The notes under the pieces: model-generated | The model's database searches: none | The model's input: the letters and a program-made list of their open reading frames with translations, nothing else | What the model was told of the DNA's origin: nothing | Source of the DNA: an uncultured Lachnospiraceae bacterium | GTDB taxonomy: Bacteria > Bacillota > Clostridia > Lachnospirales > Lachnospiraceae | Direction of reading: 5' to 3' | Length of the DNA: 52,158 bases | Assembly: GCA_947589125.1 (NCBI GenBank) | Contig: CANPZZ010000001.1 | Location: forward strand, 1-52,158 | Translations under genes and position numbers: made by a program | Shown: piece by piece, positions 39,263 through 47,981 of the stretch | How positions within the stretch are numbered: the stretch's first letter is position 1 | How the letters are laid out: the number at the start of each line of letters is the position of its first letter

Positions 39263-39703
39263 TTGGCATCCATTTATTGGCTTATTTTCTTTGTCGTTCT
39301 GATCGGAATTGAACTGGCGACGCTGGCTCTGACGACCATCTGGTTCGCAGGCGGCGCGCTGGTGGCGTTCATCCTGTCCCTTTTCGGCGCAGGCGTGGAG
39401 ATCCAGCTTACGGTATTCGTGATCGTGTCGTTTCTGCTTCTGTTCTTTACAAGACCATGGGCAGCGAAGTATCTGAATAAGCGGACGTCGCGGACCAATG
39501 TGGAGGGCCTGATCGGGCATACGGCCAGGGTGATCCAGGAGATCAATAATGAACTGGGTACCGGCAGGGCCATTGTGGGCGGCCAGGAGTGGAGTGCCAG
39601 CGCCAGCGAGGATAAGGATGTATATCCGGAGGGAACGATGGTAGTGATTCAGGGGATCAGAGGAGTGAAACTGATCGTCAGACAAGAACAGGAGGTAATG
39701 TAG
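39263..39703 (+). CDS. NfeD-family membrane protein
   Basis: N-terminal TM segments and a C-terminal OB-fold (GQEWSA); adjacent to the SPFH gene. TTGAAT-17-TATAAT at 39188-39216. Confidence 0.88.
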   Translation: MASIYWLIFFVVLIGIELATLALTTIWFAGGALVAFILSLFGAGVEIQLTVFVIVSFLLLFFTRPWAAKYLNKRTSRTNVEGLIGHTARVIQEINNELGTGRAIVGGQEWSASASEDKDVYPEGTMVVIQGIRGVKLIVRQEQEVM

Positions 39704-39704
39704 T

Positions 39705-40631
39705 ATGGGACCGTTGATAGGCTTACTTATTTTATTGGTTATCATTCTGCTGGTGCTTTCGTCCTGCGTCAAGATCGTGCCGCAGGCCAATGCGGTGATC
39801 GTTGAGCGCCTGGGCGCGTATCTGGCAACCTGGTCGGTGGGCCTTCATGTGAAGATGCCGTTTATCGACCGTGTTGCCAAGAGAGTGATCCTTAAGGAGC
39901 AGGTGGTGGACTTCCCGCCGCAGCCGGTGATCACGAAGGATAATGTTACGATGAAGATCGATACGGTCGTATTCTTCCAGATCACAGACCCGAAGCTTTA
40001 TACTTACGGCGTCGAGAATCCGATCATGGCGATCGAGAACCTGACGGCGACGACGCTTCGGAATATCATCGGCGATCTGGAACTGGATCAGACCCTGACG
40101 TCCAGAGAGACCATCAACACGAAGATGCGCTCGGCGCTGGATGTGGCTACGGATCCCTGGGGCATCAAGGTGAACCGCGTGGAGCTTAAGAATATCATTC
40201 CGCCGGCGGCGATCCAGGACGCCATGGAGAAGCAGATGAAGGCGGAGCGTGAGCGCCGTGAATCCATTCTTCGCGCGGAAGGCGAGAAGCGGTCCACGAT
40301 CCTTGTGGCGGAAGGTAAGAAACAGTCCGCGATCCTGGATGCGGAAGCGGACAAAGAGTCTGCGATCCTTCGCGCGGAGGCGGAGAAGGAGAAGAGGATC
40401 CGCGAGGCGGAAGGCCAGGCGGAAGCGATCATCAAGATTCAGCAGGCGACTGCGGACGGCATCCGTTTCATCAAGGAAGCCGGCGCGGATGACGCCGTAC
40501 TTCAGCTTAAGAGCCTGGAAGCATTTGCCAAGGCGGCGGACGGGAAGGCGACGAAGATCATTATTCCGTCCGAGATACAGGGGCTTGCGGGCCTGGTGAG
40601 ATCGGTGGCAGAGGTAGCGAAGGAAGAGTAG
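39705..40631 (+). CDS. SPFH/band-7 (stomatin/QmcA-like) protein
   Basis: [19 protein letters not shown] and MKAERERR. Confidence 0.93.
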   Translation: MGPLIGLLILLVIILLVLSSCVKIVPQANAVIVERLGAYLATWSVGLHVKMPFIDRVAKRVILKEQVVDFPPQPVITKDNVTMKIDTVVFFQITDPKLYTYGVENPIMAIENLTATTLRNIIGDLELDQTLTSRETINTKMRSALDVATDPWGIKVNRVELKNIIPPAAIQDAMEKQMKAERERRESILRAEGEKRSTILVAEGKKQSAILDAEADKESAILRAEAEKEKRIREAEGQAEAIIKIQQATADGIRFIKEAGADDAVLQLKSLEAFAKAADGKATKIIIPSEIQGLAGLVRSVAEVAKEE

Positions 40632-40765
40632 AAGGCGATTCTTTTGGTTCCCGGCCAGTCACTCAGTTGGTTGGCGGGACGGAGACGCAAAAAACTGTGA
40701 GTATCCGGCTCCCCTTTCGGGGAGCCGATGTTGTTCAGAGGAATGATTCAGGAGGAGAGAATTAC

Positions 40766-41755
40766 ATGGATTTAAAGGGAAGAAACTTTCTGACGCTTAA
40801 GGATTACACACCGGAGGAGATCGGTTATCTTCTGGATCTGGCGGCAGAGCTTAAGGACAAGAAGAAAAAGGGCATACCGGTCGACATTCACAGAGGAAAG
40901 AATGTGGCGCTGATCTTCGAGAAGACCAGTACGAGAACCCGCTGCTCCTTTGAAGTGGCTGCCCATGATCTGGGGATGGGGACTACGTATCTGGATCCGG
41001 TCAGTTCCCAGATCGGCAAGAAGGAGAGCATCGCTGATACGGCCCGTGTTCTCGGCCGGATCTATGAGGGGATCGAGTACCGCGGCTATGGCCAGGAGAT
41101 CGTGGAGGAGCTGGCCCGCCATGCCGGTGTACCGGTCTGGAACGGCCTGACGAATGAATATCATCCGACCCAGATGCTGGCGGATCTTCTGACGATCCGT
41201 GAGCATTTCGGGCATCTTAAGGGGATCCGCCTGGTCTATATGGGCGACGCCCGCTACAATATGGGCAATTCCCTGATGATCGCCTGCTCCAAGATGGGTC
41301 TTGATTTCGTGGCCTGCGCGCCTGAGAAATATTTCCCCGCCGAAGAGCTGGTGAAGCAGTGCCGTGAGTACGCGGCCGTGTCCGGAGCGACGATCACTCT
41401 GACCGATGATGTGATGGCCGGAACGAAGGGGGCCGACGTGGTCTATACGGACGTATGGGTGTCCATGGGAGAGCCGGATGAGGTCTGGGAGGAGCGGATC
41501 CATGATCTGACTCCCTACAGAGTGACATCGGCGGTCATGAAGAACGCCGGTGAAAAAGCGATCTTCCTCCACTGCCTGCCTTCCTTCCATGATCTGAAGA
41601 CGAAGATCGGCAAAGAGATGGGCGAGAGATTCGGTATTTCCGAGATGGAAGTCACCGACGAGGTGTTTGAGGCGCCTTATTCGAAGGTATTTGACGAGGC
41701 GGAGAACCGGATGCATACGATCAAGGCGGTCATGGCCGCCACGTTGGGAGTATAA
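40766..41755 (+). CDS. argF: Ornithine carbamoyltransferase
   Basis: [24 protein letters not shown] and AENRMH. Confidence 0.96.
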   Translation: MDLKGRNFLTLKDYTPEEIGYLLDLAAELKDKKKKGIPVDIHRGKNVALIFEKTSTRTRCSFEVAAHDLGMGTTYLDPVSSQIGKKESIADTARVLGRIYEGIEYRGYGQEIVEELARHAGVPVWNGLTNEYHPTQMLADLLTIREHFGHLKGIRLVYMGDARYNMGNSLMIACSKMGLDFVACAPEKYFPAEELVKQCREYAAVSGATITLTDDVMAGTKGADVVYTDVWVSMGEPDEVWEERIHDLTPYRVTSAVMKNAGEKAIFLHCLPSFHDLKTKIGKEMGERFGISEMEVTDEVFEAPYSKVFDEAENRMHTIKAVMAATLGV

Positions 41756-41758
41756 TCT

Positions 41759-42064
41759 ATGTACGGCCAGGAAAGGAAGAAGGGACGGCGTAACGCGTCC
41801 CTGGTCATGGACGCGGTTCATATTGTGATCGGTGCGCTGATCGTGCTTCTGGCAGTGATCACCTTCCTGAATCCGGAGGGGAATCAGATCCTGCTGCCGG
41901 TGATCTTTGCCCTGGCGGCGGCTCTGAATGTATTTAACGGAATCTATAAATTCCGAATAAGCGGCAGGTCTGCCGGCAAGAAAGCGGCTGCCGCTGCCCA
42001 GCTTCTGTTGGCAGTATTTCTGATCGCCGTGGCTGTGGTCAGCGCGATCAGTATATGGAGGTAG
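41759..42064 (+). CDS. Small three-TM membrane protein of unknown function
   Basis: Fills the gap in an operon and has three hydrophobic segments. Confidence 0.7.
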   Translation: MYGQERKKGRRNASLVMDAVHIVIGALIVLLAVITFLNPEGNQILLPVIFALAAALNVFNGIYKFRISGRSAGKKAAAAAQLLLAVFLIAVAVVSAISIWR

Positions 42065-42067
42065 CGG

Positions 42068-43048
42068 GTGAAGTCGGAGATTATCAGAAAACTGAAGGAA
42101 ACAGACGGCTATGTGTCGGGTCAGCAGCTTTGCGAGACCCTGGGAGTATCCAGAACCGCTGTCTGGAAGACGATCGGAAGGCTGAGAGACGAGGGGTATC
42201 AGATTGAAGCGGTGCGCAACAGAGGCTACCGTCTTCTGAAGACCGCGGACATGCTGACAGAGACGGAATGCCGCGATTATCTGAGAGGACGCTGGCTCGG
42301 CAATCCGGTATATTGTTTCGGAGAAACGGATTCCACCAATATTCGGGCGAAGATCCTGGCTGAGAAAGGAGCGCCGGAAGGTACGCTGGTCCTGGCAGAG
42401 AGTCAGACGGCCGGCAAGGGACGGCGCGGCCGCAGCTGGGTCTCGCCGCCGGGGGAAGGCTTATGGTTCAGTCTTGTACTCCGACCGAATATCCGTCCGT
42501 CTGTGACGCCGCTTCTGACTCTGGTGGCCGCCATGGCTGTGGCCGCCGGCATTGAGGATGTTACCGGACTGTCTGCCCGCATCAAATGGCCGAACGATAT
42601 CGTGATCTCCGGGAAGAAGGTTGTCGGGATCCTGACGGAGCTTTCCGCGGAGGCTCAGGAGACCCATTATGTAGTCGTCGGCATCGGCATTAATGTGAAT
42701 ATGACCGAATTTCCGGAGGAGATCCGCGATACCGCCACGTCTCTGTATCTGGAAAGCGGAACATTTTTCAGCCGCTTAAATATTGTGGCGGCCATAATGA
42801 AACGGATGGAACCATATTATAAGTCTTATATGTCCACCTGCAATCTGGAAGGACTTCATGAGGAATATATGAAAAGGCTTGTGAACCTGAACCGCGAGGT
42901 GATGATCCTGGAGCCGGGAAAGGAACGCCGCGGCGTCTGCGAGGGGATCGACCGGAACGGCTGCCTGCTTGTCCGGGGAGAGAACGGGAACGTTGAGAGA
43001 GTCATATCCGGAGAAGTATCCGTGCGCGGGATCTACGGTTATGTCTGA
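42068..43048 (+). CDS. birA: Bifunctional biotin-protein ligase/repressor
   Basis: HTH GVSRTAVWK, QTAGKGRRGRSW, KWPND and GIGINVN. Confidence 0.96.
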   Translation: MKSEIIRKLKETDGYVSGQQLCETLGVSRTAVWKTIGRLRDEGYQIEAVRNRGYRLLKTADMLTETECRDYLRGRWLGNPVYCFGETDSTNIRAKILAEKGAPEGTLVLAESQTAGKGRRGRSWVSPPGEGLWFSLVLRPNIRPSVTPLLTLVAAMAVAAGIEDVTGLSARIKWPNDIVISGKKVVGILTELSAEAQETHYVVVGIGINVNMTEFPEEIRDTATSLYLESGTFFSRLNIVAAIMKRMEPYYKSYMSTCNLEGLHEEYMKRLVNLNREVMILEPGKERRGVCEGIDRNGCLLVRGENGNVERVISGEVSVRGIYGYV

Positions 43049-44300
43049 CGGTCTGTATCGGAAACTGCAGGTCCTGGAATCGAATGATCGCCCGCTTGAC
43101 CGGGTCAGCCGTCTGAAAGCTATGACGGATCCCCTTCTGGCATGGTACCATGAGCATGCCAGGATACTGCCCTGGCGCGAGGAGCCGGAACCCTACCGGG
43201 TCTGGATCTCGGAGATCATGCTGCAGCAGACCAGGGTCGAAGCGGTGAAGCCGTATTTTGCAAGATTCATGGAAGCATTGCCGGATGTGAAAGCGCTGGC
43301 GGCGGTTCCGGACGACAGACTCCTGAAGCTGTGGGAAGGCCTGGGATATTATAACCGGGCCAGGAATCTGAAGAAAGCGGCGCAGATTATTGTAAATGAA
43401 TACGGAGGACGCCTGCCGGATACGAAGGAGGAACTCCTTAAGCTGCCGGGGATCGGAAGCTATACGGCAGGCGCTGTTGCGTCCATTGCTTATGGAAAGC
43501 GGGAAGCGGCTGTGGACGGCAATGTGCTGCGTGTGGTATCGAGGGTTCTCGCGAGCCGCGAGGATATCGCCAGCCAGCCGGTGAAGCGGCAGTTTGAGGA
43601 AGACTTGGTCCGCGTTATGCCGGCGGAAGACTGCAGCGCTTTTAATCAGGGGCTGATCGAGATCGGCGCGCTGGTCTGCGTGCCGAACGGAGAACCTCGC
43701 TGCGGGGAATGTCCTCTGCGTTCCGTCTGTCTGGCGGCGAGGAACGGGCTGACCGGAGAGATCCCGTATAAAGCGCCGAAGAAACCGCGGAGGATCGAGG
43801 AACGGACGATCCTGCTGATCGAATCCGGGGACCTGGTCGCGATTCAGAAACGGCCGGATAAGGGCCTTCTGGCATCAATGTACGAATTCCCGGGACTGGA
43901 AGGGAAGTATTCGCGGGAGGAGGTTTGGGCGGCCGCGGAAGAATGGTTCCGTACGGAAGGTGAGAGCACAGATGCAGCTGCCGGCCGATCTGTTCCGGCC
44001 ATCGGATCACCGCCGGTGGTACGATCCGCTGCCTGCGGTTCTGATACCGGATCATCAGCGGCAGGGTTTGCCGCATCTATTCCGAATGCCGGAGCTACAT
44101 CGGCGATACGATCCGTAACTCCCGCTCCGGACGCGGTACATATTTTCAGTCATGTGGAGTGGCACATGACGGGCTACCGGCTGGAAACGGATCATATTCC
44201 GTCCCGGTTCCTTGCGGTATCCCGCCGTGAGATTTCTGAAAAATACGCGCTTCCAAGCGCATTTGACAGGTATATAAAACTGATAAATGGAAAATCTTAA
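43041..44300 (+). CDS. mutY: A/G-specific adenine glycosylase
   Basis: EIMLQQT, WEGLGYYNRARNL, LPGIGSYTA, VDGNV, Fe-S motif C-x6-C-x2-C-x5-C, and HIFSH. Confidence 0.96.
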   Translation: MSDGLYRKLQVLESNDRPLDRVSRLKAMTDPLLAWYHEHARILPWREEPEPYRVWISEIMLQQTRVEAVKPYFARFMEALPDVKALAAVPDDRLLKLWEGLGYYNRARNLKKAAQIIVNEYGGRLPDTKEELLKLPGIGSYTAGAVASIAYGKREAAVDGNVLRVVSRVLASREDIASQPVKRQFEEDLVRVMPAEDCSAFNQGLIEIGALVCVPNGEPRCGECPLRSVCLAARNGLTGEIPYKAPKKPRRIEERTILLIESGDLVAIQKRPDKGLLASMYEFPGLEGKYSREEVWAAAEEWFRTEGESTDAAAGRSVPAIGSPPVVRSAACGSDTGSSAAGFAASIPNAGATSAIRSVTPAPDAVHIFSHVEWHMTGYRLETDHIPSRFLAVSRREISEKYALPSAFDRYIKLINGKS

Positions 44301-44317
44301 AGTGGAGGAACCATATT

Positions 44318-45220
44318 ATGGGAAAGCTGCTGCTGATCGTTAATCCGACTGCCGGCAAGGCAAAGGCGAAGGATAACCTTCTCGGAATCGTGGATACGCT
44401 GAATAAGGGCGGCTGGCAGGTGGAAGTCCATGTGACCCAGTCCAGGCTTGACGCCATGGAGACCGCGGCGGCCCGCGGCGGCGATGTGGATCTTCTTGTC
44501 TGCAGCGGCGGCGACGGCACATTGAGCGAGACGATCTCCGGGATGATGAGGCTTAAGCATCCGCCCAGGCTTGGCTATATCCCGGCCGGTTCCACCAATG
44601 ATTTCGCGTCCAGTCTCGGTATTCCCAAGAGAGCGCTGGACGCGGCCCGGAATGTGGTCGAGGGTACGCCGATCCCTGTTGATATTGGACAGTTCTGCGG
44701 AAGGCGGAACTTTGTGTATGTGGCAGGCTTCGGCGCGTTTACGGAGGTGTCCTACATGACGCCTCAGGAGAAGAAGAACCTGCTGGGGCATCAGGCTTAT
44801 ATGATCGAGGGGATGAAGAGCCTGGCGAATATAAAGTCCTACCATATGAAGGTGGAGTCGGATGAATTTTCTATGGAGGAAGATTTTATCTTTGGTATGG
44901 TCACCAATACGACCAGTGTCGGCGGCTTTAAAGGGCTTGTGGCCAGGAATGTGGCGCTGGACGACGGCCTGTTTGAGGTGCTTCTGATCCGGACTCCCAC
45001 GACAGCCATGGAGCTGACCAATATTTTGTCATCAATGATCACTAAGGAGGAATACAATGAGTATGTCCACCGTTTCCTCGCGTCAAAGCTTCGCATTACC
45101 TGCAGCGAGCCTGTGGACTGGGTACTGGACGGAGAATTCGGCGGCGCCGAACAGGAGGTGGAGATTGAGAATCTGACGAAAAGGATCGAAATTCTGGCTG
45201 GAAATGTAAAAAAAAGTTGA
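44318..45220 (+). CDS. YegS/DAGK-family lipid kinase
   Basis: NPTAG, GGDGT, PAGSTNDFA, DDG and LDGE. Confidence 0.92.
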   Translation: MGKLLLIVNPTAGKAKAKDNLLGIVDTLNKGGWQVEVHVTQSRLDAMETAAARGGDVDLLVCSGGDGTLSETISGMMRLKHPPRLGYIPAGSTNDFASSLGIPKRALDAARNVVEGTPIPVDIGQFCGRRNFVYVAGFGAFTEVSYMTPQEKKNLLGHQAYMIEGMKSLANIKSYHMKVESDEFSMEEDFIFGMVTNTTSVGGFKGLVARNVALDDGLFEVLLIRTPTTAMELTNILSSMITKEEYNEYVHRFLASKLRITCSEPVDWVLDGEFGGAEQEVEIENLTKRIEILAGNVKKS

Positions 45221-45245
45221 AAAATGAATTTTGATATTATATAAT
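45217..45245 (+). promoter_or_regulatory. Sigma-A promoter for the rpoD-like gene
   Basis: TTGAAA-17-TATAAT. Confidence 0.7.
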
Positions 45246-45280
45246 GATAAGTTGATGACGTAAGCGAAAGGATGTAATTT

Positions 45281-46411
45281 GTGGACAAAACTATTTTTCT
45301 GGAGAAACTTGGCAAACTGGTAGAGCAGGGAAAAGCAAAGAGCAATTCCATCGGTATGACCGAGATCAATAACGCTTTCATGGGAGACGATCTGACCACG
45401 GAACAGATGGAACAGATCTATGCTTATATGGAGACCAATGAGATCGATGTCATCCAGGAAGCGGATGAGAATATGATCGCCGAGGTGGAGATGCTTCTGG
45501 CGGCGGATGACGATGACGACCGGTTCCTTAAGGATGATGAAGAGGAAGATATCGATCTGGATGCCATTGATCTTCTGGAAGGAATCGGAACAGAAGATCC
45601 GGTCCGCATGTATCTGAAGGAGATTGGTACAGTGCCCCTTCTGACCGCCGAGGAGGAGATGGAGCTGGCCATGCGCAAAGCGGAAGGCGACGAGTCTGCC
45701 AAGGAACGTCTGATCGAGGCCAATCTGCGTCTTGTAGTCAGCATTGCCAAACGTTATACAGGCAGAGGAATGAGTTTTCTGGATCTGGTTCAGGAAGGAA
45801 ACCTGGGCCTGATCAAAGGTGTCGAGAAATTCGATTATACCAAGGGATACAAGCTAAGTACATACGCGACGTGGTGGATCCGTCAGTCGGTGACCAGAGC
45901 ACTGGCTGATCAGGCCAGGACGATCCGTGTGCCGGTCCACATGGTTGAGACCATCAACAAGATGTCCAAGATGCAGCGGAAGCTGACGCTGGAACTGGGC
46001 TATGAACCGTCAGTCTCCGAGCTTTCCGAAGCGCTTGAGATGTCGGAAGATAAGGTTATGGAGATCATGCAGATCGCCAGGGAGCCGGCTTCTCTGGAGA
46101 CGCCCATCGGTGAGGAAGACGATTCCAATCTGGGCGATTTCGTGGCTGACACCAACGTCCTGACGCCGGAAGGCAATGTGGAGTCCGTGATGCTTAGGGA
46201 GCACATTGACGCGCTTCTTGGTGATCTGAAGGAGAGGGAGCGGCAGGTGATCGTTCTGCGCTTCGGATTGGCGGATGGTCATCCGCGGACACTGGAAGAG
46301 GTCGGCAAAGAGTTTAACGTCACCCGTGAGCGTATCCGCCAGATCGAGGCGAAGGCGCTGAGGAAGCTGCGCAATCCGGTGAGAAGCAAGAGAATACGTG
46401 ACTTTCTGTGA
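45281..46411 (+). CDS. rpoD: RpoD/SigA-like group 1 sigma-70 factor
   Basis: Region 1.1, [31 protein letters not shown] and [10 protein letters not shown]. Confidence 0.92.
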   Translation: MDKTIFLEKLGKLVEQGKAKSNSIGMTEINNAFMGDDLTTEQMEQIYAYMETNEIDVIQEADENMIAEVEMLLAADDDDDRFLKDDEEEDIDLDAIDLLEGIGTEDPVRMYLKEIGTVPLLTAEEEMELAMRKAEGDESAKERLIEANLRLVVSIAKRYTGRGMSFLDLVQEGNLGLIKGVEKFDYTKGYKLSTYATWWIRQSVTRALADQARTIRVPVHMVETINKMSKMQRKLTLELGYEPSVSELSEALEMSEDKVMEIMQIAREPASLETPIGEEDDSNLGDFVADTNVLTPEGNVESVMLREHIDALLGDLKERERQVIVLRFGLADGHPRTLEEVGKEFNVTRERIRQIEAKALRKLRNPVRSKRIRDFL

Positions 46412-46418
46412 GCAACGA

Positions 46419-46588
46419 GCAGCGCGCAGATATCGGCGGGGAGCCGGCGCCGTGCTTGCACGAAAGCCGGGGCACAGACGATATCTGTCATGCGGCGACT
46501 GCCGCATGAACGAGAAACCGCAGGTTTCGAGTTGTGAGCGCTGCGGGGCGGCAGGGAGCCGGCGCCGTGCTAGCACGGAAGCCGGGGC
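46419..46588 (+). repeat. Structured intergenic element with a 35-bp direct repeat
   Basis: Copies at 46439-46473 and 46554-46588 (2 differences), plus nested stems. Confidence 0.7.
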
Positions 46589-46603
46589 GGCGGGAGGCAA
46601 TAC

Positions 46604-47227
46604 ATGAACAAACGCAACTACCAGAAGGAGCTTGACCGTGTTCTGGATACGATCAGCGGCGGTCTGGCGTCGGGCGGCGCGCCGCCTAAGCTTCTGCTTC
46701 ACGCCTGTTGCGCCCCATGCAGCAGTTATGTGCTGGAGTATCTGTCCGCGTATTTTGAAATAACGGTTTTCTTCTATAATCCGAATATCTATCCTCCGCA
46801 GGAGTATGAAAAGCGTGCTGCGGAAGAGAGGCGGCTGATCGGCGAGATGCCTTTGCGCAATCCCGTTCATTTCCGGGAAGGGACGTATGATCCGGAGAAC
46901 TTTTTTGCGGCGGTGAAGGGACTGGAGAACGAGCCGGAGGGAGGCGCCCGGTGCAGACGGTGCTTTGAACTGCGGCTTGCGGAAGCGGCCCGGCAGGCAC
47001 AGGCGGGAGGGTATGATTATTTTACCACATCGCTTACGATCAGTCCGTTAAAGAACGCGGATGTTCTGAATGAGATTGCGGAGGCGGCCGGCCGGGAATA
47101 CGGCGTCGCCTATCTGAATTCCGATTTCAAGAAAAGGGACGGCTATAAGCGTTCGATCCGGCTTTCGGAGGAGTATGGGCTTTACAGGCAGAATTATTGC
47201 GGCTGCGTATTCTCGGTACGCGGCTGA
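46604..47227 (+). CDS. queH: Epoxyqueuosine reductase QueH (DUF208)
   Basis: LLHACCAPC, YNPNIYP, RCRRC and YRQNYCGC. Confidence 0.92.
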   Translation: MNKRNYQKELDRVLDTISGGLASGGAPPKLLLHACCAPCSSYVLEYLSAYFEITVFFYNPNIYPPQEYEKRAAEERRLIGEMPLRNPVHFREGTYDPENFFAAVKGLENEPEGGARCRRCFELRLAEAARQAQAGGYDYFTTSLTISPLKNADVLNEIAEAAGREYGVAYLNSDFKKRDGYKRSIRLSEEYGLYRQNYCGCVFSVRG

Positions 47228-47264
47228 CAGATGATATGAATATCAATTAAAGGAGACAGAAGCT

Positions 47265-47531
47265 ATGATCAGCAGGACATTAACCGTAGTAAATCCTTCC
47301 GGACTTCATCTTCGTCCGGCCGGAGTGCTGTCCCAGACGGCCATGAGATTCAAATCAGAAATTATCCTGGAGAGCGGCGATAAGCGCATCATTGCCAAGA
47401 GCGTCCTGAACGTGATGGCCGCCGGAATCAAATGCGGAGCGAAGATCAACGTGGTCTGCAGCGGTCCCGATGAGGAAGAGGCGCTGGAGGCCCTGGCGAA
47501 GGCGATCGAGAGCGGACTGGGCGAGATGTAG
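47265..47531 (+). CDS. ptsH: HPr-family phosphocarrier protein
   Basis: GLHLRPA (His15) and AKSVL (Ser46). Confidence 0.88.
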   Translation: MISRTLTVVNPSGLHLRPAGVLSQTAMRFKSEIILESGDKRIIAKSVLNVMAAGIKCGAKINVVCSGPDEEEALEALAKAIESGLGEM

Positions 47532-47617
47532 TCCGGGCCGGTATGGCGGTACATATGGTATTGTACAAGGCTGTATCGGAAGGAAAATTGGGACGAGAGT
47601 AATAACGAAAGATGATC

Positions 47618-47653
47618 CGCTGCGGGAGAAATTCATTTTCCGCAGCGTTTTTT
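47618..47653 (+). terminator. Terminator after HPr
   Basis: cgctgcggga / ttccgcagcg stem followed by a T-tract. Confidence 0.7.
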
Positions 47654-47719
47654 GTGCACAGAGAAAAAGCAATATGCACAAATAAACCGATATAATATCA
47701 CATAAAAGCGGAATTATCT

Positions 47720-47874
47720 AATTATCTGACAATTACAACAAAAATAAGTCTTTACAAATCGCAAAAATCGTAGTATTATCAGTGGCGGAAGAACGGAATA
47801 TCAGAAAGTGAAGCCAAAGAGGGCTGTTTGTGCGGGAGAAGTTTCTCCTGAAAGCACAGACAGCATTTTTATTT
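47720..47874 (+). promoter_or_regulatory. gltB control region: CodY-like box, promoter, ANTAR-like hairpin and leader terminator
   Basis: AATTATCTGACAATT (2 mismatches to AATTTTCWGAAAATT); TTTACA-17-TATTAT; GCC-AAAGAG-GGC overlapping the terminator gctgtttgtgc/gcacagacagc plus T-tract. Confidence 0.65.
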
Positions 47875-47981
47875 CACAGGGAATTTGTATCATAGGGGAA
47901 TATTACGTTTTGTAGGACAGAACGTCCTGTGCAATGTGACGAAGATATGGCAACAAGATCATATGAGGAGGAAGATGAAAA

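Noticed and set aside
40703-40729. Hairpin cggctcccc-tttc-ggggagccg before argF as a terminator or riboswitch
   Set aside because: No U-tract and no aptamer motif; at most an mRNA-stabilising stem.
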